From positions 361,522,001-361,586,000 of the forward strand of contig OZ024740.1 in the NCBI GenBank assembly GCA_964016885.1: DNA of 64,000 bases. Reading direction: 5' to 3'. The notes beneath the pieces were generated by a model. It was not told the DNA's origin, did no database searches, and saw nothing but the letters and a program-made list of their open reading frames with translations. Made by a program: the position numbers and the translations under genes. This document shows, piece by piece, positions 11,737-24,789 of the stretch. Origin of the DNA: Eledone cirrhosa. Lineage: Eukaryota. Positions within the stretch are counted from its first letter, which is position 1; the number at the start of each line of letters is the position of its first letter.

Positions 11737-12119
11737 TATGAAAGAGTACTGATGGAATGTTCCAGTCAAAACCCCAATAAAATGCAAGCATAACAGACCA
11801 GATATAATAATATGGGACAGGGAAAAGAAGATATGCACAGTAGTGGAAATCTGCTGGCCAGAAGATGTCAATATAATATTAAATATTAGCAAAAAGGAGA
11901 ATATTTATGCTGAACTAATGAAGAATCTGCAGATACTCCACCCTGACCATAGTTTTAGATTTGTATCTGTGATTATTGGAGCTCGGGGAAATGTTACTAA
12001 CTGCCTCAGTATAAATGTGGAGAAGTTGGGCTTAACAGAACCAGAAAGAGCACATATGGTTAGGAAATTGCAAATACAGTCCATTAATAGAACTGTAGAA
12101 ATGTGTACATTTAACTCAT

Positions 12120-13410
12120 GGCCCCCACCTCACTAATTATGTTTTCTCCCGAAACTACCAAAACACACATCTATTTGTATATGCGATACAATTTATGTAC
12201 ATGTAGAGACATATGGGAGAGATAGATAGAGGTATAGTGAGGGGGAGAGTTTGGTGGGAATTGCAATAGAGAGGAAGGTTGGGAGAGTGTGTTGTATATT
12301 AGATAAGGAGAGGGGGGAGATTGGTGTTTATTGATATAAATTTCTATTTATTTGCCACCAGGGCATCAAAGATTGGGACAAATACAAAGGGGGGAGTTTA
12401 CATACATTTAAAAAGACGTGTAAAAAACATATAACAAATTAAATTTAACAATCGATGTCTTCAATAGGGAGGGGCGTTGACATGGGTCGCACCCCCCCCC
12501 GAAAAAATGCGCAACCCTCCTCTTCAGGAGCACAAAGAGCGGGTGCTTCCTTCCTCTTCTCATTCTTCTCCTCTCTCACCTACAGGCTGATATAGAGAGA
12601 AGGCCCATTCACTCGGGCCATTCTCGCTACTTTCACCCACCTTTCATAAAACTTGCTGGGGTAGAGCACCTCTCTCTCCATTCTGATCCTTCTTCTAAAG
12701 TGATACTTGAAAAAAAAGACCAGTTGTTGACCGGAGAGAAAGGTGTCTGATCTCAGCCCTTTCAACCTTGTCCACCATACAACTTCTTTCGCCATGGCTA
12801 TCACACAGAGGAAAACTGCCTCTCCTTCGTTTTTGAAAGGAGGAGGCGGTTTGATCGTGACAATGTTCTCGGTGGTCAACCGGATTGGTCCCACCCGCGA
12901 CAGTAGTCGTTCCACATAGCCCCACAGGTCAGCAACGCCCGGGCAGTGTACGAATGCGTGTGCGACGGTTTCCTCGTCACGCACGTATCTCGGACAGATC
13001 TTCTTCGAGGGTTCCCTAGTAGATATAGAGAGGGGGATTGGAATAGATTTCCGTGTAGTAGATATAGAGAGAGGGAGAGTTTGGTTTTAATTGATATAGT
13101 GAGGGGGATTGGAAGTGAGTTCCGTGTAGTAGATATAGAGAGGGGTAGAATTTGGTGGTTGTAGATATACAGAGAGGAATAATGGGAGAGTGCCGTGTAG
13201 TAGATAAAGAGAGAGTGAGAGTTTAGGGGTGATTAATATAGAGGGGGATTGGGAGAGATAAGTGTAGATATTTATAGAGAGTGATAGAGTGTATTAATCT
13301 TGAATATAGAGAGTGGGATATAGAGAGGGGTAGAGTTTGGTTTTAGTAGATACAGAGAGGGGGATTAAAAGAGGTTTGTGTGATAGACATAGAGAGGAGG
13401 AGAGTTTGAC
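12120..13410. repeat. Fragment of a non-autonomous DNA-transposon-like repeat followed by a degenerate GA-rich tandem repeat (gatatagagagggg..), interrupted by a LINE
   Basis: 12140-12305 aligns with 61350-61520, and its first part with 13930-13995. GA-rich units lie on both sides of the LINE. Confidence 0.65.
12340..13018 (-). mobile_element. L1/Tx1-clade LINE 3' end (zf-RVT region and 3'UTR), 5'-truncated
   Basis: DEETVAHAFVHCP..W zinc-knuckle region; nearly identical to 61524-62202; ends aataaatagaaat. Confidence 0.9.
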
Positions 13411-13511
13411 AAATTAATAAGCGGGAGACGATTATTCAAAACCTGAGACTACGTGAATTATTGATGGACGTAAGAATGAAAACTCAATACCGAAGTAGAG
13501 TTTAAATATTC

Positions 13512-13634
13512 ATTTATTATGGCTAAACCTTGTTACTCCAGGTCTCACCTGCGTACTTGCCAGACAAGACAGGTGATCCTGTGAGTGCGCAGGTGAAACT
13601 TTAGAGTAACAAAGCTCACCAATAGCCATAATAA

Positions 13635-13636
<2 letters not shown>
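13512..13636. repeat. Imperfect fold-back palindrome containing an HHR 3' half
   Basis: atttattatggcta..ttgttactc..cacctgcgtact pairs with agtgcgcaggtGAAActttagagTAacaa..tagccataataaat. Confidence 0.65.
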
Positions 13637-13667
<31 letters not shown>

Positions 13668-13813
13668 ATAAATGCAATCAGAGTTTTTCGAATATTATTA
13701 ATAATATTCGATTCGTTTGCAATATGCAAACAGCATCTTTAAAGCCATATTAGTAGAATGACACCGTCATTCTTGCTCTTGTTTTGGCATGTAACAGAAC
13801 TGCATACACACAC

Positions 13814-13853
<40 letters not shown>

Positions 13854-13899
13854 GAATAAATTGGGTATAATTTTGGTTAATTGTATATATTGTATATAT

Positions 13900-14120
13900 A
13901 AGGTGTGTGATGGAACAGCCTCCAATAATTATATTTTCTCCCCCAACTACCCAAACACACACCACTTGGATATGCACAACAATTTATGTACATGTTATGT
14001 TTATCGCATATCGAAGTTTAGAGTGCAAAGAGCTAAACTAATCGCTACAACTAAATAGTCCAAATCCCCCCCCCCCCCCCCCCCCCTCATCCCAATTCAG
14101 AAATGCTTCCACTGCCCTTG
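13900..14120. mobile_element. Non-autonomous DNA-transposon-like repeat (copy without LINE insertion)
   Basis: aattatattttctcccccaactacc..aatttatgtacatgttatg is shared with 12135 and 61345. It ends cttccactgcccttg, a TIR-like end. Confidence 0.5.
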
Positions 14121-14130
14121 TACATATATA

Positions 14131-14980
14131 CAGGGTGCGGACGATATTTGTTCGCAAGATTACTGTCTAGGAAAAAGTAACAGTAGTTTTATTTTTTAAG
14201 ATTTATTTATCAAACTTGGGTCAGTTTGTCTTCATAACTTGTTCTTTCGATCTCACTCGATAAACCCGCCATTGGCTTTGATGACGGCCTCAAGGCGGCC
14301 TCGGAACCGGCTACAGGCCTTCGTCACTGTCCCCCGACTTAGGCCCCTAAAGACACTTGTGATCCTGGTCTTCAGATCGTCTTTCGTATTGCAGCTAGAT
14401 CTGTTGGTGTCTCGTTCCACTGCACCCCACACAAAGAAGTCGAGGGGGTTGCAGTCAGGCGAGCTGGGAGGCCAGATGTCAGGTGAAGTGTGGTCGACGA
14501 AGTTCTCTGACAGCCAGGCTTGGGTCTTTCGGCTGGTATGGCAGGGCGCTGAGTCTTGCTGCCACACGTACGGCTTACCTGCAGCTACCTGGTCGATCCA
14601 ACGCGGATGTAGCCATCGGTGTTCAGCTTGAGGCCCTCAGGGAAGAAGTGAGGTGGCGTGACGTCACCTTGACTGCTGACGACACCTAAGACCAATGTTG
14701 TCGCTGGAAACTTTGTCTGCATGACTCTGGGCACGTCTTTGGATGAGACAGCGAGCCACCTGTTGTTCTGGGAGTTGATCTTCTGGTCTTATTTGTCCCC
14801 CCGGCGCGGATTCCAAGAAGAACTCCGTGTCTCTTCCACAAATTTGGAGGTTCAAAATTATTCATAATCAATTATTCTGAAAATAAATAATTGAAATATA
14901 GTCACTGTTTTTATGAAGACAAGAGTGACAACGGAAGTAAAAAAAATTTGCATAAAATTAGCAGTTGAAAATTGCGATTT
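14131..14980 (-). mobile_element. Tc1/mariner superfamily DD37D (maT) transposon, internally deleted
   Basis: WQQDSAPCH..WPPSSPDCNPLD with 37 residues between the two Asp. TA|CAGGGTG terminus at 14131; the other TIR was not seen. Confidence 0.85.
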
Positions 14981-14981
14981 T

Positions 14982-15020
14982 AAAATATACCTAACTGTAC
15001 CAAGGATCTCACACATTTTC

Positions 15021-15096
<76 letters not shown>

Positions 15097-15486
15097 AAAT
15101 GTGTGAGATCCTTGGTACAGTTAGGTATATTTGAAAAAAAGGAAAAGAATGACTTCACTTGTAGTGTTAAAAAATTTTGGAGATTTAATTTTATAATATT
15201 ATAATATTTGTTTCTACTTTTGGCACAAGGCCAGTACATTACTGGTACTTTATTTTATCGACCCCGTAAGGATGAAAGGCAAAGTTAACCTCGACGGGAT
15301 ACAGACAGACGAATGCGAGAAAGTTCTCCAACCCAAGTTAACCACGAATCTCTAAAATTCTTCCCACCGAAGTTAACAAAGAACTTACTGGATCTACCAA
15401 CTCATAGTATTATAATATTATAAAATTAAATCCAAACAATCTTTTAACACTACAAGTAAAGTCATTATTTTCCTTTTTTTAAAATA
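14982..15486. repeat. Inverted-repeat cluster around (TA)n, probably PLE end pieces
   Basis: 14982-15020 is inverted at 15093-15132; 15125-15205 is inverted at 15408-15486. Confidence 0.7.
15205..15300 (-). mobile_element. SINE family A fragment
   Basis: ctggtactttattttatcgaccccgtaaggatgaaaggcaaag. Confidence 0.8.
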
Positions 15487-15607
15487 TATGTGTGTGTGTG
15501 TGTATCTAGCAATATCTGTAGATGTGAAAAGGAAAAAGGAAAACAACGCTCAATCGGGAAGAGACCAGAACTATTATATATTTATTTATGTTCATACAGG
15601 GAACAGG

Positions 15608-15797
15608 CGCTAGCCAAGGTTTCAAGACCCAAATTTGACTATACCTCCAGAAAACAAGAGGTATCAAAATAGTTGTTTTTACTTTTGGCACAAAGCCAGC
15701 AATTACCCAGTACATTACTGGTACTTTATTTTATCGACCACGTAAGGATGAAAGGACAAGTTAACCTCGACGGGATTTGAACTCAGACCGTAAAGGG
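15608..15797 (-). mobile_element. SINE family A fragment with a 3' extension of about 70 bp
   Basis: Family A core plus an extension that is inverted at 16440-16508. Confidence 0.8.
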
Positions 15798-16258
15798 ACT
15801 TTCTCCAGACGCTAATACGAGTTTATAGCTTAAAAGTAAATTTTGCTTAGAACGCATATTTTCGAAAGATAACGTCAAAAGCCAACTGCTTGCTAAATGG
15901 AAATATTCAACAAATTTGACTGGTTTTCAACCGTTATATCTTTTTTTTTTCTCTTTCTCTTTCTCTTTCTCTTTGCACACTTACTTAATACAATCCACTT
16001 TCTATACTAGTATACTCGATACATTAATATATATTTCCGTCTCTATATTACATTCCACCACTCGGGCTATAATATACGAACACAAACACGTGGTTGATCT
16101 CATAATTCATATTTACATCTTCCAGTTATTTCCATTTGTTGTTTTGACGATATCTTTCGTAAACATTCTTAGCAAAAATTTATTGGCGTTCTTAGCACAA
16201 TTTACTTTTAACGGTCTCTTATAAACTCTTATTAGCGCCCGAAGAAAGATCACTATTT

Positions 16259-16508
16259 TGGTGGATTGGCAGTATCGGTAGAGGGTCGGACGCCATGCTT
16301 TGACGCATAGAGTTACGGCCCTTGCCATTCTGAGTTCAAATCCCGCCGAGGTTAAGTTTACCTTTCATCCTTACGGGGTCGATAAAATAAAGTACCAGTA
16401 ATGCACTGGGTAATTGGTGGCCTTCTACCAAAAGTAGAAACAACTATTTTGATACTTCTTGTTTTCTGGAGGTATAGTCAAATTTGGACCTTGAAACCTT
16501 GGCTAGCG
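16259..16508 (+). mobile_element. SINE family A, near full length, with 3' extension
   Basis: A-box-like tggcagtatcgg, B-box gagttcaaatcc, core cctttcatccttacggggtcgataaaataaagtaccag. Confidence 0.85.
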
Positions 16509-16544
16509 TTTTCGTTCTGTATAGTGTTGTTATTTCTGTTTACC

Positions 16545-16628
<84 letters not shown>

Positions 16629-16688
16629 TTATTAAAATAACAGATTAAAGTTTAAGCAAAGAATCGCTGCTTTCACTCTTAACAGGAT

Positions 16689-16755
<67 letters not shown>

Positions 16756-16757
<2 letters not shown>

Positions 16758-16880
16758 TAGAACTATTTCATTCTGTAGAATGAAACAGTTCTAGTCCTGT
16801 AAAAACAGTTTCTATATTAAATATTTATACTCTGCTATGTATTGAGTACCTTTTTACTGTGGTTACCCCCGATTGAACCC
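16756..16880 (+). mobile_element. HHR-bearing mini-element fragment with a short fold-back
   Basis: actagaactatttcattc-tgta-gaatGAAAcagttctagt. The downstream part is the reverse complement of 45492-45600. Confidence 0.65.
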
Positions 16881-17234
16881 GAGATAAACATATATATGGA
16901 AGGATGAGAGGGTGCGTACGCTCGTGTGTATGTGTGTGTTGTAAATAACTTGCATTTAAGATCAATGTGGGTCACGCCAGGCTTATTTTAAGGCGAAGCA
17001 TTTAAACAAAGGTTTAGAAAGCGGAAAAGCTTGATTGAACACGAACAAAAATTAAGATAGATAAATAAATAAATAAATGAAAGAAGGAAAATAAAATAAA
17101 AGAAAATATGAGAAAAGAGGGGGAGAGAGCGGGGAGGGAGGGGATTGAGGAAGAGAGTCTAGGCGACTGATGGACCTCTGTCGGTTTCGACGATGAGTAA
17201 GATCAACCGAATCTTCTGCTCAGGAAATTAACGT

Positions 17235-17690
17235 TTTGTGACACGTTCGCCGCCTTCAACTTAGTCACTTCGGCCACAAACCCTGGTACTGCGGCTCGTA
17301 ATGCAGAGGAAAGGAAGATAAACAAATACCAGGGATTTACCGGCCGCTTCCTCTTCGCATCGGTCGAGACCTAACGCGTACTTGGACCCCGTACTGCCGA
17401 GCTCCTCCGCAAGATCGGAACGTTAACGGGGGTACGTTTGAGGAAGCGAGCCCACGAGGTGGGGTGGCTGTTGCAGCGGGTGTCACTTGCCACTGTCCAC
17501 GGGGCGCAGCCCCAATACCACCGCGCCCTAGGCCCACAGCCTATCACCCTCCCCCATATCTCCGTGATACTAGAGCCCTTGCCTTTCCCTTCTTGTTCCG
17601 TTTTTATATTTTCTTATTTTACATTCCATTCTTTCTTCTCAATCTATTTTTTTTTCTTTTTCATTTATATTTTAATAAAAGTGTTTATCC
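17235..17690 (+). mobile_element. CRE-clade LINE 3' fragment
   Basis: FCDTFAAFNL..GTAARNAEERKINKY..VET*RVLGP..EVGWLLQRVSLATVHG. Confidence 0.75.
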
Positions 17691-18274
17691 ATTGGCTGCA
17701 CATTCCACAGGTTTGTAACTTTGATGCGGTTATGAGGGAGACTCAGCGTGGCAGTGTTTGACATGAATGGCTCTTTGAATTACACGTGCAGTCCATTCGT
17801 TGGGCTTCTAAACCGTTTCCTTCTACCCATTTTAACTCAGAAGGCCTGGGCCAATCCAATGATACATAGTTAAGATGCTACTTAGCGAGATTGAACTCGA
17901 GACTTAAAGATTGCTAAGCGAACTCCTTAACTATTCGGCCATGCTGCGCACACAACATGTCTAGGCAGGTTTGTTATAACACACGCATTAGGAATTCATT
18001 GCTCTGATGGAACAAAAGAGACAAATATTTGAAATTTGTGGAATAGAAAAAAAGAAAATCAATTTTCCTTTCGTCACATTGTTTGTAATGAAAGACACTG
18101 TTTGTGGTTTTCAAATAATTTTGAAGGTAATCAAGAATTTGGAGGGGATTTACTTATATAGGCTGGTTTTTGGAGACGAAAAATAATTTTATTGTATTTT
18201 TATTGTTCCAGGGAGGCAACTCACTATCACTTGACAAAACGACTACAATGTTAGTACACACACACATACACACA

Positions 18275-18481
<207 letters not shown>

Positions 18482-18564
18482 CTGTGTGTAAAAAGTATAC
18501 TGAAATAACAAAACAAAAGACAGTACAACAAAGAAATATATTAGTTTAACCTTTGAAATAATAA

Positions 18565-18850
18565 GAATATAGGGTAAAGACCGCCTTCGGTCACCAATGA
18601 CCATGGGATTAGAAAGTTCCTTTCCGAAGCACAAGTCTGGGCAAGGTTGTTTGTGAAAGACCAGCAGCTGACCATGCATACCAGTCTCCCCTCTCCACGC
18701 CACTGATGTTGTTCAAGGGATAGTTTGGCACCAGTGACGTCGCAACTCATTTGTACAGCTGAGCGAACTGGAGCAACATGTCTTGCTCAAAAACACAACG
18801 CAAAGCCCGGTCCGAGAATCGAACTCACAACCTTACGATAGTAAGCCCGA
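18565..18850 (-). mobile_element. SINE with a family-B-like tRNA head and a different body
   Basis: gagaatcgaactcacaaccttacgat (reverse-complemented B-box); cagctgagcgaactggagcaac. Confidence 0.6.
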
Positions 18851-18852
18851 CG

Positions 18853-18909
<57 letters not shown>

Positions 18910-18947
18910 GGGATGGGTACCTTACTTACTGGTTACCCCCGATTGAA

Positions 18948-19018
<71 letters not shown>

Positions 19019-19087
19019 ACGGTTCTTATATATTTGATATATATTTATCCTTATCGAGCCCTCTTTGGATTTTAGTCGTCAAATTTA

Positions 19088-19128
<41 letters not shown>

Positions 19129-19832
19129 TCTGCTGAATGCAACACCACCTTTGATTCTTGGCCAGTAGCGTAGCTAGAGTTTCTGTTACCCGAAACAGTT
19201 CTTGAGAATTCCACCTACCTCTACGGAAAAAAAAAAATTATTTACATAATACATGAAAAAGTGGTCAAAGGTTTCGCCATTATACTATGACAACAATGCC
19301 TGCTTTTCTAACGACTAAGCCACGCGCCTTCACAGTGTGTAGAATATATATGTATATATATACAAACATTTAAAGAATGTATGTTTATAGACGCGTTGAC
19401 TACAACATTATTTTTGTTCTTGCGGCTTTATTGTTCCAGGGAGACAACTCGATACCGATAGGAAAAACAAAAAAAATTACATTGAAACCTTAATCTAGAA
19501 TATATAAAATATTGAGGAATTTGATATATATATATGAACAGAACTTCAACTCTCGATTTTTAATTTTTAATATTTAATATTTTAAATATTTGATAAGTTG
19601 GATAATATCGAAACCGATAATATATAAAAAATATATTTTATAAAATTGTTTTTTTTTAAATGTTTGTTTTTCTCTTGTTTCAATAATCACTTTGTCGGAT
19701 TAAAGTAGAAAAAAGATTCTTTAAATATTCTTCGGTGCTGCTTTCGTGCTTATTTTTTATTTCTATAAGCTCTGTTTTGTATAAAACATTACCTCTTTTC
19801 AAATACATATATATATATACACACATATATAT

Positions 19833-20450
<618 letters not shown>

Positions 20451-20799
20451 CCGAAGCAAGACAGGAAGACGATACGTTGGCTCGTGGAGACATTCCCTGG
20501 CAAAGAACGAAAAAAAACGAAGATAATACGTCATTATTTGGAGCGGTGTGAAGAATCACACGCAAAGACAAAACCACGTTTATGGTATAAATGAAGTCGT
20601 AGACTAATATTCTATTAGGTAGTTCGTGGAGACGTTCCCTGGCAATGAACGGATAAAATGAAGATAATACGTCATTAACAAGAAGGCAACGACGACAACA
20701 GTGACATTAACAACAACAACTCTACTGTTAACAAGAGGAAGCCAACCGCAGCATCAGTGACTCACCTCCAGCCACTAGGTCCTATGACAAACTACTAAG

Positions 20800-22757
20800 T
20801 TGCTCGCATCTCTGCTTGCTAAACTCTTGGTCTTTCCGCTGGGAACAACCCCTTGTTCCTCGCCTTTGTGTACATCCATCCATTCACTCATTCATTTACT
20901 ACCATTCTACCTTCCTGTGTCTCCCCCTCCATACAGCCCCTTCTTTTCTCTCTTGTTTTCTGGCACCTCCATATATATACGTGAGCTATGAGGCCCTCTT
21001 ACCAGCACTTTCCCTTTCACCCACACACGCCAGCCACCCACCCCTGATGCCGCTCGGTGCCCCAGTCTCCGGCCCAACGCCCCATCCCGCACCCCTCCAA
21101 GCCCATACTTGCAGCACTTGCAGCACCACTAACAAACGGAAGAGGGACCGGAACTGTTTGGGGTGCGGCTGCTTCCACGACCTCACCTGCATTGGCTTGA
21201 CTCGTCGAGCTTCCAATGCCCTCTCAGCGTGGAGGTGCAGGAGCTGCCTCTTCCCCACGTCTTCCCAGCCACGGCCGTCTGGCACACCACCAGATGGGAC
21301 AGCGAGCTTTCCTGACGCCCGAGCCTCGCTGGTCAACATCGCTCGGTTCAGGCGGCTCCGGAAGATCCCACTCAGGATCCCGAGAGCGGCACGGGTGCCG
21401 GTAGCCGATGCCCTCGCTTCCTCGATTGAGAGTGCCCTGGAATCCAATCGAGCCAGTGACTGGGAGCGGCTGTTCTATTTCGCCCCACTCGCCCTCGGCC
21501 TCCCCAGCTCTGGCGCTGACCGGGGCGGCCGGTCAACAGCAGCCTTTGTGAATCCAATGTCTCGTCCTTTGGGCGAGCGCCCATTCTAAGCGTGCCCAGA
21601 GACGCCACACACCCCACTCTCAGGTACCCCCCTATCCTCCACTCCCGAGGCCAGCGCCAAGTGTTTGTGTGACCAGGTAAACGCCAAGCTTATCATGGGT
21701 GATGTCTCGGCCGCAGTCAGAGTTGTTGCCTCAGAGGACACTGTCCTCCAACCCACCGAGGAGGTCCTGGCTGCTCTGCGACTCAAACACCCTGAGCCAC
21801 CCAATGACCTCAGAGTTATACCCCCACCCAACTCTCACTTGCTCCTTGTGGCTACTGATGCAGACATAATGTCCGCCATCAGGTCCTTCCCAGCTAGCAG
21901 ATACGGGGGTGTTGATGGTCTCCGACCAGGCCACCTCAAGGAGTTGACATCCCCCCTCTCCGCTGAGGCCGGGCGCCGCCTTATGAGTTCTATTGTGGAG
22001 CTCACCAATAGGCTCATCCATGGTGCCCTGGACCCTTACGCCCGAGGCCTCTTTTTTTCGGCCAGCCTCACCGCTTTCAGGAAGAAAGAGGGTGGCATAC
22101 GCCCCATTGCTGTGAGCAATGTCTTCCGGAGGCTGGCTGCCAAGGTGATCTGCAAGTCCGTAACACACGAACTGGGTGAGGAGTTTAGTCCCGTGCAACT
22201 GGGTGTCGGCGTGTCCGGTGGCTGTGAGGGGGCCGCTCATTCAACCATGCAGTTCTTCAACAGCTGCCCATCGAAACTGGCATTCAGGGACTCCAGGCAC
22301 CTCATTGTCAAGCTTGACATGAGGAATGCCTTCAACTCTTTACGCCGGGATCATCTGCTCGAGGCCTGTCTCAGCCGAGCCCCTCTGCCTACCCGTCATA
22401 TGGAGCCCCGAGCATGCTCCTTGCTGCTGATACGGTCATACCCTCGGCTACTGGGGTCCAACAGGGCGACCCTTTGGGACCCCTCCTGTTCGCCCTTGGT
22501 ATTGACCACATCGCCCGGAGTATCACGGCCCCTCTCAACGTTTGGTATCTGGATGATGCTACGTTGGGCGGGCCCGTACGGACAGTCTGCCATGACCTTA
22601 AATTGGTGGTTCCTGCCCTGGCGGGAATCTGCCTCCTGGTCAACTCGGCCAAGTCAGAGGTGGTCAATGTCAGCCTCGATGCTGCGAGCTTTGCAGCCTC
22701 CGTCTTGGACGTGCGGTCCATTCTCCGCCAGGTTCAGGTGACCCCCAAAGAGGATGT
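20800..22757 (+). mobile_element. CRE-clade non-LTR retrotransposon 5' half: PHD-like finger plus reverse transcriptase, frameshifted
   Basis: CSTC..CLGCGCFHDLTC..WRCRSC; GVDGLRPGHLK, GGIRPIAVSNVFRRLAAK, QLGVGVSGGCE, KLDMRNAFNSL, GVQQGDPLGPLLF, WYLDD. GC-rich. Confidence 0.9.
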
Positions 22758-24376
22758 TGAAGCCTGGACCTGATGGTGGAGCGGATGGCCGGCGGGTAAT
22801 AATACTCTGGTGGATGGAGTTAGCTATTTGCAACCTCTTAAGCCTGATAATGTACTCCCGCTACGTTGATGATATAAACATCGTAGTAAAAACATCCCCA
22901 CTAGAGAAGAGTCAGGAATTAGAGAAAATCACCATGGAAAGCATCCAGCAAATAGCTAACTCCATCCACCAGAGTATTAGAGTTACTATAGACTACCCAA
23001 GCAAACACCCCAACCATCGATTACCTGTACTAGACAGAGAGCTCTGATTAGATACTATTAATAACAAAAAACAAATCCTCCATTCCTATTATGCCAAACC
23101 CATGACTTCCAAATATCTGATCCACCGAAACTCAGCTATTTCGGACCATACCAAAATCAACATACTGATTGCAGATTTGGTACGGGTGTTGAGAAACGTG
23201 TCCCGCATATGCAACCCTAAAGAACTAGAGAGACACATACAACACTTCATCCACCGTATGCAGTTCTCTGGTTACAATCAGAGAGATAAAATCAGAGTAT
23301 ATAGAGGAGCCAGAACCAAATGTGAAAAAATGGTAAATAATGATACAAATGTGACCTGCCCTTGTATAGGAGCAAATTTTGGAATAGAATAAAAAGAACT
23401 AGGAATAAGGTTAATAGAATAAACTCATGGTATGATAGCAATAAATACCAGAGTGTAATGTTCATCGATACAACCCCTAGAGGTGAATTAGCTAACAAAT
23501 TTAGAAGGGCCCTAGATAAACATAAACTCAATATTAAGATAGTAGAAAGACCAGGTACCTCCATAAAAACACTTATTAGCAAGACATACCCTTTTCAAAG
23601 ACCTCCCTGTGTAGATAAGAAAAGTATAATCTGTAAACTAAGCCCCATATTAACTGTAAAACTAAAAATGTAGTATATAGCATAAGATGTACTGAAGGAC
23701 AATGTAGAGATAAGAATATAGTGTACATAGGGGACAGCTCGTAGTATAGGAGAACGGATAAATGAACACTGGCGAGAGCTTCAAGATAGTAAAGAATCAT
23801 CTGTACTCCACCAACATGCTAAAATAGAATATAAGGGTAAATTAGAGAACATAAAAATAAAAATAGAATCTACACACAGAAAAGACGCAATGTTTAGACA
23901 AATCACAGAGGCAATAAACATAAATGAACTCCAACCAAAATTAAATAGAAAACATGAATGGAATAGCAACATCACAACTTACAATTAAGGACAAAATGAA
24001 AACACACACACACATAGAACAAACAACCAACCAGTAACATGTAAATAAACAAATAAATAAACAAATATAAACACACACAGATACCCGGATGTAACACATG
24101 CGCAAACTAAGCACACAACACACATACAAACAAGATGGCGTAGGACAGAACAAAGGAGAGGCACAAAAACAAAAAAGAATCCCCAGTCACTGAAGGGGTC
24201 ACAGAATGTGCGACGAAAGAACTTTGACAATATATGAACAATCGTATGGTTGTGGAACCAACCAACCGGAAATTTATAAATTCCTAAATTTATAAATTTA
24301 ATTTATAATAAATTGAAGTGAAAGCAACTGGTGCGTGTGTTTCTTATTGGCAACATGACACTCCAAAAGGATAACA
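22758..24376 (+). mobile_element. Penelope-like element 3' part (RT, GIY-YIG, pLTR with HHR), decayed
   Basis: YSRYVDDINI, TIDYPSKHPNHRLPVLD, RMQFSGY, IKIVERPG, GIY-YIG-like V*YSIRC..VYIGDS, RQITEAINI..PKLNRK. The 3' repeat is copied at 9285-9560. Confidence 0.85.
24186..24228 (+). ncRNA. Hammerhead motif with a core mutation (CTGAAGG)
   Basis: gtca CTGAAGG g gtcaca gaatg tgcgac GAAA gaac TT tgac. Confidence 0.55.
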
Positions 24377-24386
24377 ATATATATAT

Positions 24387-24566
24387 ATAGGAAAATGTTT
24401 AACCCCGACGGCAGAGCTCAAGCCGTTTCGACGGCTACTTCTGGACGGAAATAGCCGTCTAAATGGCTTGAGCTCTGCCGATGGGGTTAAACATTTTCCT
24501 ATTACCCACTCTACTACCCTAAGTATTGCGTTATGGTCCATTTGGTTCCTTACCACAATTCCTTCG

Positions 24567-24608
<42 letters not shown>

Positions 24609-24789
24609 CAAAGGAATTGTGGTAAGGAACCAGATGGACCATAACGCACCAGAGTACTCAATACTTAGGGTAGTGGGAATAGGAAAAAGTATGACTCCGA
24701 CGGCAGAGCTCAAGCCGTTTCGACGGCTATTTCTGTCCAGAAATACCCGTCGAAACGGCTTGAACTCTGCCGTCGGGGTTAAACATTTT

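Larger units (their letters stand above)
10545..12115 (+). mobile_element. Degenerate R4/Dong-clade LINE 3' fragment interrupted by a Helitron
   Basis: KMSSRYYL on the left and KEY*WNVPVKTPIKCKHNRPDIIIWDREKKICTVVEICWPEDVN on the right match the ORF at 35853-36628. It begins next to (TACA)n. Confidence 0.8.

Noticed and set aside
16259-16345. SINE heads as functional tRNA genes
   Set aside because: They continue into SINE bodies and do not form full cloverleafs.
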